Assembly (NCBI GenBank): GCA_963675915.1
Contig: OY780959.1
Location: 1,020,001 to 1,052,000, forward strand
Length of the DNA: 32,000 nt
From: Coprobacillaceae bacterium
GTDB taxonomy: Bacteria; Bacillota_I; Bacilli_A; Erysipelotrichales; Coprobacillaceae
Direction of reading: 5' to 3'
The notes under the pieces were generated by a model. It made no database searches and was not told the origin of the DNA. It was given only the letters and a program-made list of their open reading frames with translations. This document shows, piece by piece, positions 18,482 through 26,361 of this stretch (position 1 is the stretch's first letter; each line of letters begins with the position of its first letter). The position numbers and the translations under genes are program-made.

Positions 18482-18951
18482 ATCGCATTTGCCTTTTTTC
18501 TTAAAACTAGAAGTGCAGCAGTTTCGGCCAGAGCTTTTTCCTTTCTAGTGAGTTCCTTCTCTAATCGTTTGTTTTCTTTTTCAGTAACTTTGAGTTCTTT
18601 GTTTAAGCGTGCAGCTTCTTGAGCAACACCACCATTGGCGTTCATGCAAGCGTCTTTCCAGGCTAGAATTTGCTCAACGTAGAGACCTTTTTTACGCGCA
18701 TACTCAGCTAGTTCAGTTTCATTCATGCTTGAAGTTTCAACAACTATTAGAAATTTATCCTGGGTACTCCATTTATCTGAAACAGCATCATTTCCAGGAG
18801 CAGCAACACCTCCAGCACGAGCTTTATTTCTCCAATTTCGAAGGGTCTGTTCAGAGATGCCTTCTTCTTTTGAAATCTCACTGATTGCTTCATTGTTGGG
18901 AGGAAGCATCCTCCGGGTTAGTGAATCTTTGAATTCTTTACTATATTTCAT
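18457..18951 (-). CDS. IS3-family OrfA (HTH + leucine zipper)
   Basis: MKYSKEFKDSLTRRMLPPNNEAISEISKEEGISEQTLRNWRNK... plus a coiled coil. ATG at 18951. Its SD has been displaced 1.5 kb away by the IS110 insertion. Confidence 0.85.
   Translation of the reverse strand: MKYSKEFKDSLTRRMLPPNNEAISEISKEEGISEQTLRNWRNKARAGGVAAPGNDAVSDKWSTQDKFLIVVETSSMNETELAEYARKKGLYVEQILAWKDACMNANGGVAQEAARLNKELKVTEKENKRLEKELTRKEKALAETAALLVLRKKANAIWGDPEDE
18493..18499 (-). promoter_or_regulatory. Programmed -1 frameshift heptamer A AAA AAG
   Basis: The orfA frame reads AGA AAA AAG GCA and orfB is open in the -1 frame. This is the classical IS3-family slippery site. Confidence 0.75.
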
Positions 18952-18961
18952 GTTATCAGCT

Positions 18962-19228
18962 TGTATGATTAACTTGTACACAAAATAGATACAAGTATCA
19001 TACTTTTCCTTTCATAATTATTCTTGATATTTTATGATGAAATAGACATGAGTACATTTTAATGTATACTGTAGCGTGACTACTTCCTGGAGAGTAAATC
19101 CATCGGTCTATTTTATCTTTAATTAGTTGGATAAGTCTTTGAACTTTTATTTCTAGCAAGTGTATGAGAATAGGTCGCCGATGGTTTCTATCTTGTGTCA
19201 AAACATTTTAGAAAGGCGGTCTTTTTTC
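18962..19228 (+). ncRNA. Candidate IS110 bridge (seeker) RNA region in the non-coding left end
   Basis: Established for IS110/IS621-type elements: a structured guide RNA is encoded 5' of the recombinase. Here 267 nt are non-coding. There is a long-range stem CCATCGG (19100..19106) with CCGATGG (19178..19184), and a local hairpin around 19052..19070. The exact RNA ends are unknown. Confidence 0.45.
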
Positions 19229-20395
19229 ATGGCAAAAAAACTTGTAGGCATTGATATTGCCAAAAACTTACATTTCGCCTCGATTGTCGATTCAAACGGT
19301 GAGGTTTTTGAAAAAGCTTTTCCTTTTGAAAACAACAAGGCAGGTTTCGAACTTCTTATGTCTAAAGTCAATGACTTTGACAAAGAAAACATCGTATTTG
19401 GAATGGAGTCAACAGCTCACTATTCCAATAATTTAAGTAATTTTTTATTGATCAACGGATTTCGGGTCGTTATCATCAACCCTTTGCAGACCCACGCTCT
19501 TAGAAAAACCCAAATGCGTGATGCCAAGAATGATAAAATCGATTCTATGCTTATCTGTATGGCTCTCACCTTGAATCTTGGTAATGAAATATCTTTGAAC
19601 GATACTCTGAATGAATTGTATGATCTATGCAAATCATACCATGATGTTACAAAATTGAATGCAAGAGCAAAAATTCAAATGATTACTTATCTTGATCAAA
19701 ATTTCCCTGAATATCACAAAGAATTTGGCAAAAGCACTTTTGGAAAAGCATCTTTTGCATTGCTCAAAGAATATCCGACTCCTGAGAAAATAAATAAAGT
19801 TCGAATTGACAAGCTGACTAACATTCTTCACAACAATTCACGCGGCCGGTATGGCCGAGAAAAAGCGCTTAGACTCAAACAACTAGCGCAAAACTCTGTT
19901 GGCATACAGAGAGATTCCTTGGCTGTAAGAATGCAGTTAACTATTCTTCAAATCGAACTTTACGATAATCAGAAGAAGGAACTCAAGGACCAGATACGTT
20001 GTATAGTGGAATCTCTTGATTCACCTATCATGACAATCCCTGGCATGGGATATGTACAGGCGGGAATGATTCTTTCTTCTATTAAAGATATTAACTTATT
20101 TTCTCATCCAAGTAAAGTACTGGCATATGCCGGTTTGGATCCAAGAGTTAGACAATCAGGGAAATTCAATGCCTCATCGACAAGAATGTCCAAGCGCGGA
20201 AATTCAATGCTTAGATATGCTCTAATATGGGCTGCGAACAATGTTCAAAAAAATGCCAAAACATTTAATCTGTATTACACGAAAAAAATTAACGAAGGTA
20301 AAAGCCACTATAACGCACTGGGTCATACAGCCAATAAATTGGTAAGGGTAATCTACAAACTATTAACAACCAATCAAGAATACCAAAATATTTAA
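19229..20395 (+). CDS. IS110-family DEDD recombinase/transposase
   Basis: MAKKLVGIDIAKNLHF, FGMESTAHY, INPLQT, DKIDS (RuvC-like DEDD) plus the C-terminal IPGMGYVQAGMILS...RMSKRGNSMLRYAL domain. The start is moved to 19229 from the ORF-track 19160. Confidence 0.9.
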   Translation: MAKKLVGIDIAKNLHFASIVDSNGEVFEKAFPFENNKAGFELLMSKVNDFDKENIVFGMESTAHYSNNLSNFLLINGFRVVIINPLQTHALRKTQMRDAKNDKIDSMLICMALTLNLGNEISLNDTLNELYDLCKSYHDVTKLNARAKIQMITYLDQNFPEYHKEFGKSTFGKASFALLKEYPTPEKINKVRIDKLTNILHNNSRGRYGREKALRLKQLAQNSVGIQRDSLAVRMQLTILQIELYDNQKKELKDQIRCIVESLDSPIMTIPGMGYVQAGMILSSIKDINLFSHPSKVLAYAGLDPRVRQSGKFNASSTRMSKRGNSMLRYALIWAANNVQKNAKTFNLYYTKKINEGKSHYNALGHTANKLVRVIYKLLTTNQEYQNI

Positions 20396-20610
20396 AGGAT
20401 ATTTCAAAAAAATTGAATATTTAGCCTCTTTTTAGTGCGCCCAAAAACAGGAATCATTTTTTATCAAAAATCGTTTGACTTTTCATAGTTGGTCTCCTTC
20501 TTTGCGGCAACTTAATACTACCACAAATGTTTGTGTGTTTCACTGACAACTATCCTAACACACAGGGCTACCTAAATAGATCTAGATTAAATCTTTTCTC
20601 AAATTGTATT

Positions 20611-20995
20611 TGTCAACCCAAACGACACCACTTTTCCGGTTGAATTTTGGCCACCTAGTTTATAGTTAAAGGCACCCTCGTAAAATTGGTTTTCATCATG
20701 ACGGTGCCTAAATTTTTGGTGTTGTTATAGCTGCGAGTTTTTACTTCTCCAGTCTTGAGTCTCTCTTATCCGATAGCTTTCTCCAGACATGTCGATAAGA
20801 TGCGCTTTATGAGCTAGTCTATCAACCATAGCTGATGTAAGTATTTTATCTTTGAATACTTCATTCCATCTATCGAATACCAGGTTTGAAGTTATGATTA
20901 TCGATCCGCTATTATTTCTATTTGATAATAGATTGAATAGTATCTCGCCACTATGCTGATCAAAAGTGCACTCTTCGACGGCTGGTACAAAACAG
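20611..20995 (-). mobile_element. Right-end fragment of an IS21-family element
   Basis: The terminus begins TGTCAACCCAAACGACACC at 20611. It contains only the C-terminal part of an IstB-like gene. The inner breakpoint near 20995 is approximate. Confidence 0.6.
20725..20995 (-). pseudogene. IstB-like AAA+ helper, C-terminal fragment
   Basis: FDQHSGEILFNLLSNRNNSGSIIITSNLVFDRWNEVFKDKILTSAMVDRLAHKAHLIDMSGESYRIRE matches the conserved IstB C-terminus. There is no N-terminus or Walker A. Confidence 0.7.
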
Positions 20996-21431
20996 CCGTA
21001 ATTCCTTATTCATATACTTGTGGACTGTTGTTTTGCTGATATGAATGTCTTTCCTTGCAAGGAAAATAAGCATACTTCTATGTCCGAGGATTCCCTCAAT
21101 TTCATGATAGATGCTTTCAATTTCGTTGTGAATATCGGTTTTGTTATTACGAAAATCTTTCTTTGTGTCTTTGAGATAGTTGTAATAGGCATTTGGACAA
21201 ATACTAAACTTTCTAAGCAACCATCGTAACCCAAAGAGTTCTTGATTATTTTCAATGAATCGATGAGCAGCTAATCGATTTCCTTTGCGAAGAATGCCGC
21301 TGCATTTTTTTAGGAAGTCATTCTCCTTTTCAAGTTCTGCCTTTTCCTGGCAGAGCTTCTTAATTTGCATCATCAATTCATATTCACTCATTGCTTCTTC
21401 ACTTGTTTGGCATGAGCCGATATAATAAAGT
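20996..21431 (-). pseudogene. Internal fragment of an IS3-family element with orfA and orfB fused by a 1-nt insertion
   Basis: ...EKENDFLKKCSGILRKGNRLAAHRFIENNQELFGLRWLLRKF... reads straight from orfA into the orfB frame. The slippery site is A7 (21305..21311), where the related element at 25056..25062 has A6G. Both ends are truncated. Confidence 0.65.
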
Positions 21432-21868
21432 TGTAACATCAAGGTACAGTTGATAAAATGAAATCACTACAAGGAGATGTTACCGATGTCGAAAAATCAA
21501 AAATATGAACCTGAGTTCAAAGAAAAGATTATCCGCCTTCATCTAGAGGAAGGTCGAACAAAAAAGAGTTTAACCGAAGAATACAACTTGGGTAAGGGTA
21601 CCCTTACTTACTGGCTGCAACAACGCCGCAAAGAATGCCAATCTAATCCAACAATCCAAAACGAAAATGATGCATATGAAGAAGTTAAACGCCTTCGAAA
21701 AGAATTGGCTGAAGCCAAAAAGTGTAGCTAGTCAATTTATTTGATGGATGATTCTTCAAATTATATGGGCCTTCTTTTGGTCCTTTTTTGATGTTCTTCA
21801 AATTAATTGAATGGGATATTCAGTTTATTTGAAATGATGTTTTAGAGGAGAAAGAAAATAATCGCCTG

Positions 21869-22177
21869 TTAGACGATTATCCCTGACTCGTTTAATTTGT
21901 AGATGGCTTGTGATATGGCTTCGCTGCTGATTGGATCTATCTCGCGCAATAGAGCTGACTTGTTCCAAAATTTGTCTTTGAAATATGATAGTTCCAGTCC
22001 CAGCTTCATCAACGGGATGCAAATCCAGTTTCCTTTGGCTGATTTACCTACTATCACTTCGATTTCATTGCCGTCATATCTTAGCTGGAATTCACACTTA
22101 TCTGGGTTTTGCGAGACTATTACTATCTCGTTGGCCCATGTTTTTTCATCATAGTTGCAGAAGTATTCGATTATCAA
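21869..22177 (-). CDS. Transposon ORF4, 102-aa protein of unknown function
   Basis: Conserved between the copies (1 aa difference). The TTG start overlaps the ATPase stop (TTGA), with GAGGT 7 nt upstream. I recognise no motif. Confidence 0.6.
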   Translation of the reverse strand: MIIEYFCNYDEKTWANEIVIVSQNPDKCEFQLRYDGNEIEVIVGKSAKGNWICIPLMKLGLELSYFKDKFWNKSALLREIDPISSEAISQAIYKLNESGIIV

Positions 22178-22977
22178 ATTACTACCTCTTCGATTGTTTC
22201 TAGGATTAAATCGGAATCAATTACTTCGATTTTTCTGATTGCTCCGATAAACATTGCCCGGTCGCATATCCGATCAATAACCCGACAGGTGCCGTTGGAT
22301 GCATTGATGATTGCTTCAATGGCATTGTCGTTGAACACTTCTTGAATTGTTTTTCCGCCTTGGAGCTTGTCTTTGATATAAGCAAGACTTTCAGTTTTGT
22401 TTAACGGCTCCAGTTTGTAATTGATAATCATTCGCTGACGCAGTGGTTCATGAGCGGTCAATTTAAGGTTCCTGGTTATTGTCGGCAATCCGACCATCAA
22501 GACTACCGCATGATCCTTGGAATCCATATCAAAATTGAAGATCATCTTCAAATCATTAAGAATGGCGTTATTCATGTAATTACATTCATCAAAGATAAAC
22601 ACCGGGGTAATCCTTTTTTCGTAAATCAACTGGTTTATGGCTGATTGGATCTCCCTGAACAGATCATTCTTTCGATACCGAGGAGTCAAATCCAGCGACT
22701 CAGCCAGTTGCATATAGAATTCCTTGACTGTAAGGGTCGACATTGACAAATAAATTATCTTGTAAGCTGATTTGGGGAGTGTTTTGATATAGTTCCTGAT
22801 CATGGTTGTTTTGCCATGTCCAGGTTCACCGACTATTAGTCCGAAACCTTTGATTTCAAAAAGGCTGTTAAGGCGTACTTTCAATTCCTGGTATTCACTT
22901 GTTTCAATAAATAAATTCTTTGAGTTCTTGATAAACGGATTGAATTCCAATCCGTATCTGGTCCAATATTTTTCCAT
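22174..22977 (-). CDS. TniB/ExeA-like AAA+ ATPase (transposition helper)
   Basis: YWTRYGLEFNPF, Walker A GEPGHGKTT, Walker B VFIFDECN, MVGLPTI...LRQRM and SNGTCRVIDRICDRA are typical of TniB/ExeA (AAA_22) proteins. The ATG overlaps the transposase stop (TAATG). Confidence 0.8.
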   Translation of the reverse strand: MEKYWTRYGLEFNPFIKNSKNLFIETSEYQELKVRLNSLFEIKGFGLIVGEPGHGKTTMIRNYIKTLPKSAYKIIYLSMSTLTVKEFYMQLAESLDLTPRYRKNDLFREIQSAINQLIYEKRITPVFIFDECNYMNNAILNDLKMIFNFDMDSKDHAVVLMVGLPTITRNLKLTAHEPLRQRMIINYKLEPLNKTESLAYIKDKLQGGKTIQEVFNDNAIEAIINASNGTCRVIDRICDRAMFIGAIRKIEVIDSDLILETIEEVVI

Positions 22978-24224
22978 TAATCTTCTCCTCCGCATAATTT
23001 TGGCTGCACTCGTTTTACTTTTGAATTAGCGTTTTTATCAAGTAGGTGAATCCGTTCCAGTTCGCCGGTATTCTTGTTAACTATATAGACGTTTTCCAAG
23101 TCCGGAGTATATCGGAACATATGCCTTTCACCAGAATAGATATAATCAATCTCGTATTCCCGATTATCTATTTTGATTACCGAATCAGTACTGACAGACC
23201 GCTCTACTTCGAACAGGAAAGTATTGTCGATAAAGTCATCATCAAGCCTTTTGATCAGATTGCTTTCCTGAAAAAAACGTTGATGAGGTGTCAATCCATT
23301 CAAAGACGAATGCACCTTGTTGTTGTAATCATTGATGAACTGGCTTAAATCCTGCTTCAAACCTTCTAGATTGTTTGTGTAATCTTTTATGTTTATTTGG
23401 GCGAAGAACTGATCTTTAATCGTCCGAAACACCCGCTCAATTTTTGATTTTCCTTCCGGCGAGTACGGTTTGCAGTAGCTGATGGTTGAATTAATCCTTG
23501 CTGCAATCATCTTGATCTGGTGATTTCGATAATTGGAGCCGTTGTCAAACCTGAACATCTCAGGAATTCCGTATTTGGTGACCGCACTTTTCATAGTATC
23601 CATCAAATTGACTGTGTTGTCATTCAAATACAAATCAAGATGGACGATCATCCTTGAAGCATCATCAATCAGGGCAATCATATAAGTTCGGTTTTTCTTG
23701 CCATTAATGGTTATGTAAGGACCGACCGAACTGTCACCAGCCCAGTTCATATTGATATGGGGCACTTCGTAGCGGCGCATGTCTTTCTTGTTTGATAGAC
23801 GCAATTCCGACTTTATCTGATTGACACATCGATTAACGGTTGATAGCGAAACATCAGTTTTCTTGATGATTCCCTTTTCAATCAACTTGCCGTAAATTAC
23901 AGTTGCCGGCAATCTAGGATAGGTTGTCTTATAATATTTGATTGTTTCAACGATGTCATCATCCAGTCTTCTTGACTTGCCACAATCACTTCGCTTTTGA
24001 GGAATCAATCCATCGAAGCCTTTCTCTTCGTAAGCAGCAATCCACCTGGAGATGGTACTGCTTGAGACAGTGAAATCACGGTTGTCGAAACTCTTATAGA
24101 CTTTCTTGGTAGCTTCCGTAATCGCCTGATTCTTAGACCATGCAGCATCGTAATTTCCGGTAATGATGTCATGAATGATCCGATGGCGCATCAACGCTAC
24201 GTATTCTTGTTCTTTTTTATCCAT
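22977..24224 (-). CDS. DDE transposase of the TnsB/TniA/MuA type (rve core + Mu-transposase-like C-terminal barrel)
   Basis: 415 aa with N-terminal HTHs. Candidate DDE residues lie in NWAGDSS, FRFDNGSNY and PYSPEGKSKIERVFRTIK. The C-terminal RSVSTDSVIKIDNREYEI...GERHMFRYTPDLENVYIV resembles the Mu/TniA beta-barrel. Confidence 0.82.
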   Translation of the reverse strand: MDKKEQEYVALMRHRIIHDIITGNYDAAWSKNQAITEATKKVYKSFDNRDFTVSSSTISRWIAAYEEKGFDGLIPQKRSDCGKSRRLDDDIVETIKYYKTTYPRLPATVIYGKLIEKGIIKKTDVSLSTVNRCVNQIKSELRLSNKKDMRRYEVPHINMNWAGDSSVGPYITINGKKNRTYMIALIDDASRMIVHLDLYLNDNTVNLMDTMKSAVTKYGIPEMFRFDNGSNYRNHQIKMIAARINSTISYCKPYSPEGKSKIERVFRTIKDQFFAQINIKDYTNNLEGLKQDLSQFINDYNNKVHSSLNGLTPHQRFFQESNLIKRLDDDFIDNTFLFEVERSVSTDSVIKIDNREYEIDYIYSGERHMFRYTPDLENVYIVNKNTGELERIHLLDKNANSKVKRVQPKLCGGED

Positions 24225-24272
24225 ATAATACCTCCGTCACCCACTATATACTAATAGAATCGATTATTTAAC

Positions 24273-24827
24273 TCATCCTATGTGGTTGATGGTATACAGG
24301 ATATTTATGGTATTTCTACATTGCATGAACTGCATCAAATAATTTGAAAAACAACTTTCAACAAGTTGGTTAATATCATTTGATTCAATTCTCAACGACA
24401 TCAAACGTTGCTGCCAAACATTGATATACCTGCTCACAACATTATAAATTTCACACTCAGACATATAGGGATTTCGATCAAGAATGGCTTTTAATAGTTT
24501 CTGATTATTTTTATGTATGGAAATCTCAACTTGAACAGCCAACGGGATACTTGAATATGGAACCAAACATGAAAGAAGAATTGCGTGGGTTCTGCCACAA
24601 TCCTTACATCTTAGCCGCATTATTCTCAAATTAAAAAAGCCAAAAGGCAGTTTCACCCTTCGGTTATAATAACCATGAATTATGAAATTGCCCTGGCAGT
24701 CACCAGCGCAACTCAAGGAAAAACGATTGATATTGGAAACCAATTCATTATAATAGGCCTGGAGTTTGGCCCGCGAATCAATCTTCATCAATTTATTATT
24801 GATTTTTACTCCGTGATACGTTATCAT
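24273..24827 (-). CDS. Transposon ORF1, 184-aa Cys4 zinc-ribbon protein (resembles what I recall as DUF6431; unverified)
   Basis: CxxxC...HGYYNRRVKLPFGFF.LRIMRLRCKDCGRTHAILLSCLVPYSS. The start is set at the MITYH shared with copy 2; the ORF-track extension to 24941 covers the upstream hairpin. Confidence 0.65.
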   Translation of the reverse strand: MITYHGVKINNKLMKIDSRAKLQAYYNELVSNINRFSLSCAGDCQGNFIIHGYYNRRVKLPFGFFNLRIMRLRCKDCGRTHAILLSCLVPYSSIPLAVQVEISIHKNNQKLLKAILDRNPYMSECEIYNVVSRYINVWQQRLMSLRIESNDINQLVESCFSNYLMQFMQCRNTINILYTINHIG

Positions 24828-24844
24828 ATTCTTGTCTATATGGC

Positions 24845-24882
24845 AAATGAGAGAAACTGCTTGGTGGTGGCGTCTCTCATTT
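24845..24882 (-). promoter_or_regulatory. Conserved hairpin 17 nt upstream of ORF1 (copy 1)
   Basis: AAATGAGAGA and TCTCTCATTT form a 10-bp stem with an 18-nt loop. It carries a compensatory base pair relative to copy 2. Confidence 0.6.
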
Positions 24883-25055
24883 TTTCTTTCTCTAGATTTA
24901 TTACCAATAAAATAACAAAGCAAAAGGTCAATCTCAAGCAATTTGAAGAAAAATTCATCAAATTATTTGGAATTGACCTTTATTTATTATGACTAGATTA
25001 TGGTTAGATGGCATCAAATAAAATGGCTAGCTACAAAAAAGGAAAATGAATTCTT

Positions 25056-25062
25056 AAAAAAG
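25056..25062 (+). promoter_or_regulatory. Programmed -1 frameshift heptamer A AAA AAG
   Basis: The zero frame reads TTA AAA AAG GCA and orfB is open in the -1 frame. Confidence 0.7.
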
Positions 25063-25703
25063 GCAGCGGCATTCTTTGCAAAGGAAATCGATTAGAACAA
25101 TACCGTTTCATTGAAACATATCACCAAGAGTTTGGAGTCCGTTGGTTGTTGAGAAAATTCAAACTTTACCCTAACTCTTACTATAATTATTTGAAAGACC
25201 AGCAAAGAGACGCTCGCGAGGAAAAATGCAGTATTCAACGTAAAATAGTGGAAATCTATCACGAGGAAAACGGTGTCGCCGGTTATCGTATGATCAATGA
25301 TTACTTGAAGCAAAAGAAGATTTACTATTGCAATGCAACAATCTATAAATATTTGCGAGAACTCGGTTTAAAATCAATAGTCCGCAAAAGAAAGCCTGAT
25401 TACAAAAAGGGGCCGGCAAATAAGATATTTCCAAACCTGCTGAACCAGGATTTTATTACAGATAAGCCAAACAAGATTTGGTGCACTGACTTCACGTACT
25501 TGAGACAAAGAGACGGTAGTTTCCACTACAACTGTACCATCATCGATCTTGTCGCTAGCCAGTTTATATGGTAAGTATTTCTAGGATTTTATGCAAATTA
25601 AATAGAGGCCATTGCCAATTAATTTGAATGTTTATTCTTCAAATTAGTTGAACCTGACCTCTTTTTTTGTTACCTTGTTGATAAATATTCCATAGAAAGA
25701 AAA

Positions 25704-25741
25704 AAACGAGAGACCCAACCTGCAAGTAGTTTCTCTCGTTT
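25704..25741 (+). promoter_or_regulatory. Conserved hairpin 17 nt upstream of ORF1 (copy 2)
   Basis: AAACGAGAGA (25704..25713) and TCTCTCGTTT (25732..25741) form a 10-bp stem with an 18-nt loop. Confidence 0.6.
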
Positions 25742-25758
25742 GCCATATAGACAAACGT

Positions 25759-26313
25759 ATGATAACTTATCACAACGATAAAATCAAGAGTAAATTACTC
25801 GAAATCGATTCCGAATCAAAGCTCCAAGCTTTTTATAACGAAGCTGTAAATGATATTAACCGTTACGCCATCGGTTGTGTCAACTCATGCAATGGTAATC
25901 ACATCATTCATGGTTATTATAACCGAAGGGTAAAACTGCCTTTTGGCTTTTTCAGGTTGCGGATAATGCGGCTAAGATGCAAGGATTGCGGTAGAACCCA
26001 TGCAATTCTTCTTTCATGTTTGGTTCCATATTCAAGTATCCCGTTGGCTGTTCAAGTTGAGATTTCCATACATAAAAATAATCAGAAACTATTAAAAGCC
26101 ATTCTTGATCGAAATCCCTATATGTCTGAGTGTGAAATTTATAATGTTGTGAGCAGGTATATCAATTTTTGGCAGCAACGTTTGATGTCATTGAGAATTG
26201 AATCAAATGATATTAACCGTCTTGTTGAAAGCTGTTTTTCAAATTATTTGATGCAGTTCATGCAATGTAGAAATACCATAAATATCCTGTATACAATCAA
26301 CCACATAGGATGA
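25759..26313 (+). CDS. Transposon ORF1, Cys4 zinc-ribbon protein
   Basis: 184 aa. The first ~48 aa are only ~60% identical to copy 1, and the remainder differs at 3 positions. There is no obvious SD. Confidence 0.65.
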   Translation: MITYHNDKIKSKLLEIDSESKLQAFYNEAVNDINRYAIGCVNSCNGNHIIHGYYNRRVKLPFGFFRLRIMRLRCKDCGRTHAILLSCLVPYSSIPLAVQVEISIHKNNQKLLKAILDRNPYMSECEIYNVVSRYINFWQQRLMSLRIESNDINRLVESCFSNYLMQFMQCRNTINILYTINHIG

Positions 26314-26361
26314 GTTAAATAATCGATTCTATTAGTATATAGTGGGTGACGGAGGTATTAT

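Larger units (their letters stand above)
18962..20493 (+). mobile_element. IS110-family element (1532 bp), no IRs, flanked by CT core dinucleotides
   Basis: The flanks rejoin to the intact IS3 5' UTR sequence CAGCTCCTTC with the CT present once. CT occurs at 18960..18961 and 20494..20495. The long non-coding left end (267 nt) and short right end (98 nt) are typical of the IS110 subgroup. Confidence 0.85.
17356..20568 (-). mobile_element. IS3-family element (about 1.68 kb) interrupted by an IS110-family element
   Basis: The terminus TGTCAAGTATGTTGTCAGTAAAAC (17356..) resembles the inverted terminus ending at 20568 (GTTTCACTGACAACTATCCTAACACACAGGGC). The 5' UTR is split: ...CATGTTATCAGCT (to 18961) continues as CTCCTTCTTTGCGG (from 20494), as shown by the uninterrupted copy at 2944..2970. 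Confidence 0.8.
21723..25035 (-). mobile_element. Four-gene TnsB/TniA + TniB-like transposon, copy 1 (3313 bp)
   Basis: Termini are TGTAGCTAGTCAATTTATTTGATGG (21723..) and, inverted, TGTAGCTAGCCATTTTATTTGATGCC (ending 25035). Perfect 6-bp TSD AAAAAG at 21717..21722 and 25036..25041. Confidence 0.88.
21486..25095 (+). pseudogene. IS3 OrfA split by transposon copy 1
   Basis: MSKNQKYEPEFKEKIIRLHLEEGRTKKSLTEEYNLGKGTLTYWLQ...ELAEAKK (to 21722) resumes as ENEFLKKAAAFFAKEID* (25042..25095). Confidence 0.8.

Noticed and set aside
18998-19201. 67-aa minus-strand ORF in the IS110 left end
   Set aside because: It lies antisense in the region expected to encode the bridge RNA, has no SD and an implausible composition. 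A non-coding role for this region is better supported by family knowledge.
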